This document shows, piece after piece, positions 54,360-59,962 of a DNA stretch of 59,962 nt (its first letter is position 1; each line of letters opens with the position of its first letter). The position numbers and the translations under genes were made by a program. This DNA comes from Candidatus Zixiibacteriota bacterium (GTDB taxonomy: Bacteria > Zixibacteria > MSB-5A5 > GN15 > FEB-12): contig CP070756.1 of NCBI GenBank assembly GCA_020348905.1, positions 2,982,074 to 3,042,035 on the forward strand, in the 5' to 3' direction. The notes beneath the pieces are model-generated. The model searched no databases. It had not been told where the DNA came from and worked only from the letters and a program-made list of their open reading frames with translations.

Positions 54360-57290
54360 CTACCTAATAAGGACCATCTTCTTAGATTCTTTGAAATCCG
54401 CCGCCTCGAGCCGGTAAAGGTATACCCCCGAAGACAGGTTAGTCGAAGCGAAGTCGATTTCTATCAGACCCGGTCCGTCGCGGCCGGCGAACTCCCAGAC
54501 CTTGCGGCCGAGGATATTATAGACACTGAGAGTGTAGTTGGCGTTGTTTCTCAAGTTAAACGTGATCCTGGTTCCGCTGTTGAACGGGTTGGGATAATTC
54601 TGATGCAGGGCAAATTCTTCCGGCAGAGGCGGCGGCGGTGGCGGCGGCTCGCCCTCAATGATGAAATCCGCATAAGCCTCAAACGCGTTCGCCGCTGTGG
54701 CCTGGATGTCGGCAAAGGTGTGACCTGCGATAAACGCAAACGTGACCGTATCCACCTCGCCTTCGGCTAACGAAGTCTGCGCCGCTACCACCTGGAACAG
54801 ATCGAAGGAACCTGTCCGGAGCGAAACCGGCGTGGCCAAACCACGCCTCAGCGCACTCATCTTGTCTTCATTAAAGTAGCATCCCCAGCCTAAAGGCGGA
54901 CACGAGATCATCGACGTCGAGTCGGTGTAAACCGTCACCAGTTGACCCTGTAGCACTTTTATGCCGCGGTAATCCGACAAGCCTGAGCCCGAGTTGTAGG
55001 CCATCCATGCAAATTGATCCGTTGATTCAAACCCGGCGGCGTTGCTGCTAAAATCAACAATGTCCCAGTCGCAATGAATGCCGACATAGAGATTATCGAT
55101 GTCACCCGAACCGCTGTTTCTCAGAACATACTGTATAATGACCATGTCCTGGTAGGGCGAGGTTTCAAACGAGTAACTGTTCTGTTCGATCGTCAGCCCG
55201 ATCGGGTCCTCGGCCCTATCGTCGGTGAACCGCGCATAACTCTGCTGTGCCACCCCTTGAAACGGCGGAATGAACTCGAAAGTCCCGCCTGACACCACGC
55301 CAAAGTCACCATCCGGCTGCCCCACCGCCGTCTGTACTCCATCGGAAACCCGGTCGACGCCGGTGCCAATCATCAGGCCGCCGTCGAAAAGTTCATTGAC
55401 TCCCCCCATAAACCTGAACCCTTCCCCGCCGCCCGGCCAGAAGGAGTCATCGGCCATTCCGAACGTACCGAAATTGCTTATGCTGAATTCGACCGTACCG
55501 GTCGTGTGGGTCACTAAGCCGCGCTCGCTGAGCGGGTCAACTACGATATAGAGTTGCCTTGTTACCGAGTAATTGCTGCCTTCAATTAAAAGGCCAATCG
55601 GTAACGTTGAGCCTACTTTGACAGTATCCGCTACCCGAATCCGAAAAGCCGTCTGTCCGGAAACTGTCTGCCCCTCGGCGATGGTGCCAAAGCCAGTCGT
55701 TCCGGCCAGAATCGATACGGCATCATTGTTGTCTATCAGGGTACCCGTCACTCCGGTGACGGTTGCCCCGAAATTCTTCAGCACCAGGGTCCCGGTCACT
55801 TCATCACCCGGATCAATCGGGGCATGGTTGAACGAATATACCCTGACGTTCGGCTCCGGGTTGACCCCGTCAAGGGCGTTCAGGGCAGCCATACAGTCAA
55901 TCAGGCCCCAACCATAGATGTTGTTAGGTAGAAACTCACCCAGTTCATTAGTTGACGTCAGAATCGCTTCCTTGATTTCATCAACGGTGGCGTTGGGATT
56001 CTTCTGTCTGAGCAATGCAACCAAACCGGAAACGTGAGGTGCCGCGAATGAAGTGCCCGACCCAAAGCTATATGACGCTCCGGGCACGGGAAATCTTACC
56101 AACACACCGGGTGCTACCACATTCGGTTTTACTGCCAGGGGGTTGCAGTCCGATGGCCCCCGCGACGACGTTGGCGAAATTACTCCTGTCGCATGATTGA
56201 TACTTCCAATCGCAAAGCAATCTAACGAGTCAAGCGCCCGGTTAGCCGGGTTACGAATGGTCGATGGCAGCGATCCCTCGTTGCCGGCCGAGAAGATGTT
56301 GACGATTCCCAGGGCCTCGGTATTATCTATCATGGTGTAGAAGATATTCTCACAGTCGATGCCCGAAACCCCCCAGCTGTGGCTGATTACATCCGGGACA
56401 TCGTCGATCGTATTCGGGTCACGATCAGGGTTGGATGCCCACTCGAAACCGTCGATGATCGAAGCTCCGTCAACATCAACCACTCCCCCCGCTATCCACT
56501 TCGCATCAAGAGCAACCCCAACTGTATCGCCCCTTAAGTCGTCGTGTCCTACCACGAGCCCGGTCGTTGCTGTGCCGTGCCTGGGGTCTGCGCCGCCTAT
56601 CACCGGCAGGGTATGCGGAAAAGGCTCACCGCCGACCGGATCGAACCAGGCCGCCGCCGAATCACCATCAAGCCCCTTCCAGTTGTTGTATATCGCCGGA
56701 TGAAGTCCATCAACGCCCGTATCAAGAATACATACCACTCGTCCCTGTCCGGTATATCCGGCCGCCCACGCCGCCGGCGCATTAATATACGCGAGATTGG
56801 CTTCAACCGAAGCCGACGAAACTGACCCTGACGATATCTTCTCATTGGCAACTGATACTACCTTCGGTGCTGAAAAGATGATTTCAACATCGCTTCGAGC
56901 CGACAGTTCAGTGAGCTGCTCAACCATTACTTCAGCCTCAACAACATTTATTATCCAATGTCCCTTGGGCGGCCTGCCTGCTGTCTGTTTGCTTCGATTA
57001 ATCGAATGAAGATGGTCCAGCAGGTCCCGCTGAGCAGCAGCATGATTGGATTTCAGACGGTCCAAAGCCAGGCGGTATCTTTCCGCCCTGGTGGGAGCTT
57101 TCAAACTGGCTTTGAGATTGGCCGGACTCTCTACCTGGGGCAGTTGAATCCAAACCTTGATAAGATCGGCCGCCTTGCTCGTGGTCACTTTCCGAGCCAG
57201 TTCGTCCGACAACCGACCCGCGGCCGCGCTGGAGTAAAGCAACGTAAATGTTAGAATAAACGCTACAGTACTTTTTGTTCTGAAAATCAC
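54360..57290 (-). CDS. Subtilisin-like S8 serine peptidase with T9SS-type C-terminal sorting domain
   Basis: The catalytic contexts are VCILDTGVD, HGTATTGLVVG and GSGTSFAAPHVSGL. It has a signal peptide, a PPPPPP linker and the CTD NYPNPFNSGTRITFNL...GVYLYRLEAADFKESKKMVLIR. Confidence 0.9.
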   Translation of the reverse strand: MIFRTKSTVAFILTFTLLYSSAAAGRLSDELARKVTTSKAADLIKVWIQLPQVESPANLKASLKAPTRAERYRLALDRLKSNHAAAQRDLLDHLHSINRSKQTAGRPPKGHWIINVVEAEVMVEQLTELSARSDVEIIFSAPKVVSVANEKISSGSVSSASVEANLAYINAPAAWAAGYTGQGRVVCILDTGVDGLHPAIYNNWKGLDGDSAAAWFDPVGGEPFPHTLPVIGGADPRHGTATTGLVVGHDDLRGDTVGVALDAKWIAGGVVDVDGASIIDGFEWASNPDRDPNTIDDVPDVISHSWGVSGIDCENIFYTMIDNTEALGIVNIFSAGNEGSLPSTIRNPANRALDSLDCFAIGSINHATGVISPTSSRGPSDCNPLAVKPNVVAPGVLVRFPVPGASYSFGSGTSFAAPHVSGLVALLRQKNPNATVDEIKEAILTSTNELGEFLPNNIYGWGLIDCMAALNALDGVNPEPNVRVYSFNHAPIDPGDEVTGTLVLKNFGATVTGVTGTLIDNNDAVSILAGTTGFGTIAEGQTVSGQTAFRIRVADTVKVGSTLPIGLLIEGSNYSVTRQLYIVVDPLSERGLVTHTTGTVEFSISNFGTFGMADDSFWPGGGEGFRFMGGVNELFDGGLMIGTGVDRVSDGVQTAVGQPDGDFGVVSGGTFEFIPPFQGVAQQSYARFTDDRAEDPIGLTIEQNSYSFETSPYQDMVIIQYVLRNSGSGDIDNLYVGIHCDWDIVDFSSNAAGFESTDQFAWMAYNSGSGLSDYRGIKVLQGQLVTVYTDSTSMISCPPLGWGCYFNEDKMSALRRGLATPVSLRTGSFDLFQVVAAQTSLAEGEVDTVTFAFIAGHTFADIQATAANAFEAYADFIIEGEPPPPPPPLPEEFALHQNYPNPFNSGTRITFNLRNNANYTLSVYNILGRKVWEFAGRDGPGLIEIDFASTNLSSGVYLYRLEAADFKESKKMVLIR

Positions 57291-57538
57291 GTTATAGTCC
57301 CCGGCCGTTAATCTATCCTATTGTAACAAATTAGGGTCGAATTGGTCTCAGAAAACTCAGCATTTATTTGAAGTAAATCCGGCATATCAATTCTGTCGAT
57401 TATGCTGCGGCCTCAACCATTACCAATTGCACATCCGTTATAAATAACGTAAGATGATAGCTCAATGACTAATTATTGTAAACCGAATTGTTGGCTATTC
57501 ACTTATTTCATCGAACAAACACTTAAGGGGTAACAGAT

Positions 57539-58048
57539 ATGACTGGCACCAGACAGCTCAGCCGAGAAACGCTTGAAGGAATGCTGACTGACTTCGCGAA
57601 AAACTGGCTTGCCCATGACGGTCTGTGGTTCCAGGCCGTCGAGAACAAATTTGATATCGAAACGGCCATCCAGCTGGATAGAGAGGCCTGGGAGAAGTTC
57701 ACCGTTGTTGAAGCCAAAAGAATCATGGCCCGCCATGATATTCCCGAAAACAGCGGCCTGGAAGGATTAAAAAAGGCGCTTGGCTTTCGTCTTTATGCCT
57801 TGATAAACACGCAGGTCATTGGCAACGAAACCGAAAACTCGTTTGAGTTCTATATGCAGGACTGCCGGGTCCAATCGGCACGCGAACGCAAACAGATGCC
57901 CCTCTTCCCGTGCAAACCGGTCGGAATCGTCGAGTATGCCAATTTCGCCAAAACCATCGACCCCAGGATAAAGACCGAGTGTATCTGCTGTCCGCCCGAC
58001 CCGGAAGCCGGCAATAAACATTACTGCGGTTGGCGATTTTCCATATAG
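57539..58048 (+). CDS. Conserved hypothetical cytosolic protein with C-terminal Cys cluster
   Basis: The 169-aa product contains FAKNWLAHDGLWFQAVE...AWEKFT..EAKRI and the Cys residues CRVQS...FPCKP...CICCPPD...YC. It possibly belongs to the DUF6125/ATC-hydrolase-like group, but the assignment is uncertain. Confidence 0.55.
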   Translation: MTGTRQLSRETLEGMLTDFAKNWLAHDGLWFQAVENKFDIETAIQLDREAWEKFTVVEAKRIMARHDIPENSGLEGLKKALGFRLYALINTQVIGNETENSFEFYMQDCRVQSARERKQMPLFPCKPVGIVEYANFAKTIDPRIKTECICCPPDPEAGNKHYCGWRFSI

Positions 58049-58072
58049 AAAAAGCAGGGCTTTACGCCCTGC
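58049..58072 (-). terminator. Rho-independent terminator after the epimerase gene (between convergent genes)
   Basis: The minus strand reads gcagggc-gtaaa-gccctgc followed by TTTTT, a 7-bp perfect stem. The hairpin abuts the TAG of the + strand gene. Confidence 0.65.
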
Positions 58073-58107
58073 CTTAAAACCAGTTTGATCTGGCCTTCGT
58101 CACCTCA

Positions 58108-59037
58108 TCAGGATTGACCGCGGAAGAACTCGACCGTTCGTCTCAGACCCTCTTCGAACCCTACCGCGGGCTTGTATCCGTGCTTTTCCAGCTTGTTAAT
58201 AGAGGCATACGAGTGCAGAATGTCCCCCTCGCGAGGCGGATCGTACTTCGCCTGAACATCCGTACCGATTACGCTGCGAAGGATATCAAGCATTTGATTT
58301 AGAGTAAACCTCGCCCCGCAGGCTACATTATAATAGTCACCGACGATATCATCATGGCTGGTTGCGAGCAGGTTAGCCTGCACACAGTTGTCAATATAAG
58401 TAAAATCGCGCGATTGCTCCCCATCCCCGAACACCACCGGCTGCCGACCGGCCAGTAAATCTGTAATGAACCTGGGAACCACCGCCGCATATTCGCTCTT
58501 GGGATCCTGATGGGGACCGAAGATATTGAAATAACGTAGCGCCACGGTTGGGAATTGATACAACTCCCAGAAAACTTTCAGGTAGTACTCGTTGGTGAGC
58601 TTGGTCACGGCATACGGCGAGAGGGGGTCCGGCCTGAGTCCTTCGTGCTTGGGTAGCTCCTCCGACTCACCGTAGACCGACGATGACGAAGCCATAACGA
58701 ACTTCCTCACACCGGCCTTCCGCGATGCTTCCAGCAGATTGAGAGTACCATCCACATTCACTGCATTTGAGGTTAACGGGTCTTTTACCGAACGAGGAAC
58801 CGATGGCAGGGCCGCCTGGTGGAGAACGTAATCCATCCCGCTGACGGCCTTTTGAGTAATGGCGATATCTCTAATGTCACCTTCAATCAACTCCACCTTA
58901 CCTTCCAGGGCTATCAAGTTTTCACGGCGCCCGGTCGAGAAGTCGTCGAGTATCCTTACTGTCTCTCCCTGTTCAACAAGCTTAGCGGCTATGTTCGACC
59001 CAATAAACCCGGCTCCGCCGGTGATGAGATATTTCAT
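58108..59037 (-). CDS. NAD-dependent epimerase/dehydratase (UDP-GlcNAc/UDP-glucose 4-epimerase-like, WbpP/TviC type)
   Basis: Motifs are ITGGAGFIGSN, catalytic YAVTK, and GDGEQSRDFTYIDN. The length is 309 aa. Confidence 0.9.
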   Translation of the reverse strand: MKYLITGGAGFIGSNIAAKLVEQGETVRILDDFSTGRRENLIALEGKVELIEGDIRDIAITQKAVSGMDYVLHQAALPSVPRSVKDPLTSNAVNVDGTLNLLEASRKAGVRKFVMASSSSVYGESEELPKHEGLRPDPLSPYAVTKLTNEYYLKVFWELYQFPTVALRYFNIFGPHQDPKSEYAAVVPRFITDLLAGRQPVVFGDGEQSRDFTYIDNCVQANLLATSHDDIVGDYYNVACGARFTLNQMLDILRSVIGTDVQAKYDPPREGDILHSYASINKLEKHGYKPAVGFEEGLRRTVEFFRGQS

Positions 59038-59179
59038 ATCAAGTAAGTCCTTTGTTAGTCAATTCACCGCTCCCCAGTCCTGCGCAATCTTAATTTACTC
59101 TAAAACGGTACCTCAATAGCAATGTTCCGTAATATAGGCAAAATAGGCAAAATCAACAAAATATTCATCCGCTCCCTGT

Positions 59180-59962
59180 TCAGCGGTCCGTCTCACTCAC
59201 AGTTCTGATTCTCTCAACGAGGTGTCTTATATACAGCGCCGCGAAGGCAGAGATCATCGGGATAATGGGAAAGTGGAACCGGCCCACCGCGAAGAATACG
59301 AAGCTTATGGCCGTCCAGTACAGAATAGTACCGAGAAGCAGGTATCCTCCAGGTTTTCTCACGGTGATACCGGAGCGGAAAAAGACAGCGAGTCCTGCCA
59401 GGGCCGCTAACAAGACCAGAAGGTAAAACGATTGGGCCACGACTGCCAGAACCACAGCATGATTTATCGTCGACTGCTCGGCGGCCTCGATTACGCCGAA
59501 GTACAACGCATCCATATCCGCGGAGTATAAGTAACCGACTTTTAGCAGTCCACGGCGCAGGAACACGCCCGGGTTTTGTCTGATATACTCGCAGGCGCGA
59601 CGAAAACTGGAACTATCAATATATGCTTCGAGGGTCGGTTCATAGACTCCATATTGGTTGATCAGATTCTGGTCATACGTTATCCCCGATCCCGGCTGGT
59701 TACCGATAAAAAGGTTGATACCGGTATTGGTGTTGATCCGGGCCGTGCCGACTGCATAGTGATTTCGAATTATCCAGGGTGTGACCACCACCACGAAACC
59801 AACCAGAGCCAGTAACCCGCACTTCAGTGTACACTTAAAATCCCGCGACTCGAAAAACCAGAAAGGAATGACTATAGCCAGGAACAGCCCGGATACAGTC
59901 CTTGTCAGCGTTGCCATACCTAACAGCACGCCCCCCGCAAGAATCTTATACCATTTTCCGGT
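59180..59962 (-). CDS. Polytopic membrane glycosyltransferase (GT-C/PMT_2, ArnT-like), 5'-truncated by the window edge
   Basis: The reading frame stays open to position 59962 (…TGKWYKILAGGVLLGMATL…), so only the C-terminal ~260 aa are seen. It has several TM helices plus a periplasmic loop. Confidence 0.6.
   Translation of the reverse strand, partial: TGKWYKILAGGVLLGMATLTRTVSGLFLAIVIPFWFFESRDFKCTLKCGLLALVGFVVVVTPWIIRNHYAVGTARINTNTGINLFIGNQPGSGITYDQNLINQYGVYEPTLEAYIDSSSFRRACEYIRQNPGVFLRRGLLKVGYLYSADMDALYFGVIEAAEQSTINHAVVLAVVAQSFYLLVLLAALAGLAVFFRSGITVRKPGGYLLLGTILYWTAISFVFFAVGRFHFPIIPMISAFAALYIRHLVERIRTVSETDR

Noticed and set aside
1-59962. A whole-window search for CRISPR arrays, IS elements, integrases, rRNA and large dispersed repeats.
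   Set aside because: I saw no regularly spaced short repeats, no transposase or integrase motifs and no rRNA-like sequence. The only sizeable repeat is the duplicated coding module at 4640-5310 / 7040-7705.

Overview
This 59,962-bp window is densely coding chromosomal DNA with about 55 protein genes and 2 tRNAs. I saw no rRNA, CRISPR array, transposase, integrase or prophage genes. The content points to an uncultivated Gram-negative bacterium of an FCB-like lineage, which is a taxonomic inference only. The basis is a short 284-aa RpoD-type sigma factor, two secreted proteins ending in T9SS-type C-terminal sorting domains, many lipoproteins and several Hanks-type Ser/Thr kinases.

Layout:
- 0.5-11 kb: tRNA-Leu, then an envelope glycan cluster. 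It holds a GT2, an epimerase/dehydratase, two polytopic GT-C-like proteins, an LtaS/sulfatase-like protein and a methyltransferase. Two unrelated membrane enzymes here share a recently duplicated ~230-aa C-terminal domain.
- 11-20 kb: housekeeping genes (rpoD-like sigma, HtrA protease, class II aldolase, aminotransferase-like gene lacking the PLP lysine, folB, folK, deoxynucleoside kinase, panB, mscL, an outer-membrane barrel).
- 21-30 kb: a minus-strand envelope-stress block. In transcription order it encodes an ECF sigma, a DUF4097 protein, an exported bactofilin-like polytopic protein, a toastrack protein, HtrA, a degenerate HtrA-like PDZ protein and a tandem kinase/pseudokinase.
- 30-34 kb: diaminopropionate ammonia-lyase, small DUF proteins and an FG-GAP/T9SS protein.
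- 34.6-40.1 kb: a 1393-aa kinase-like/TPR/GAF/AAA+/HTH regulator. Directly downstream lie a well-spaced sigma-54-type promoter, a small exported Pro-rich peptide, a perfect GC hairpin and an HTH-WYL regulator.
- 41.2-44.4 kb: five tandem paralogous lipoproteins built from an unrecognised repeated module. This is my top candidate for an undescribed system.
- 44.4-60 kb: a hydrolase, an STK-TPR kinase, tRNA-Ser, lipoproteins, a beta-helix protein, a ZIP transporter, a DprA/SLOG-like plus AbiGi-like fusion protein (candidate single-gene conflict system), an S8 peptidase with T9SS CTD, an epimerase, and a truncated GT-C gene at the window edge.

All family assignments come from motif recognition by eye. 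No database search was run.
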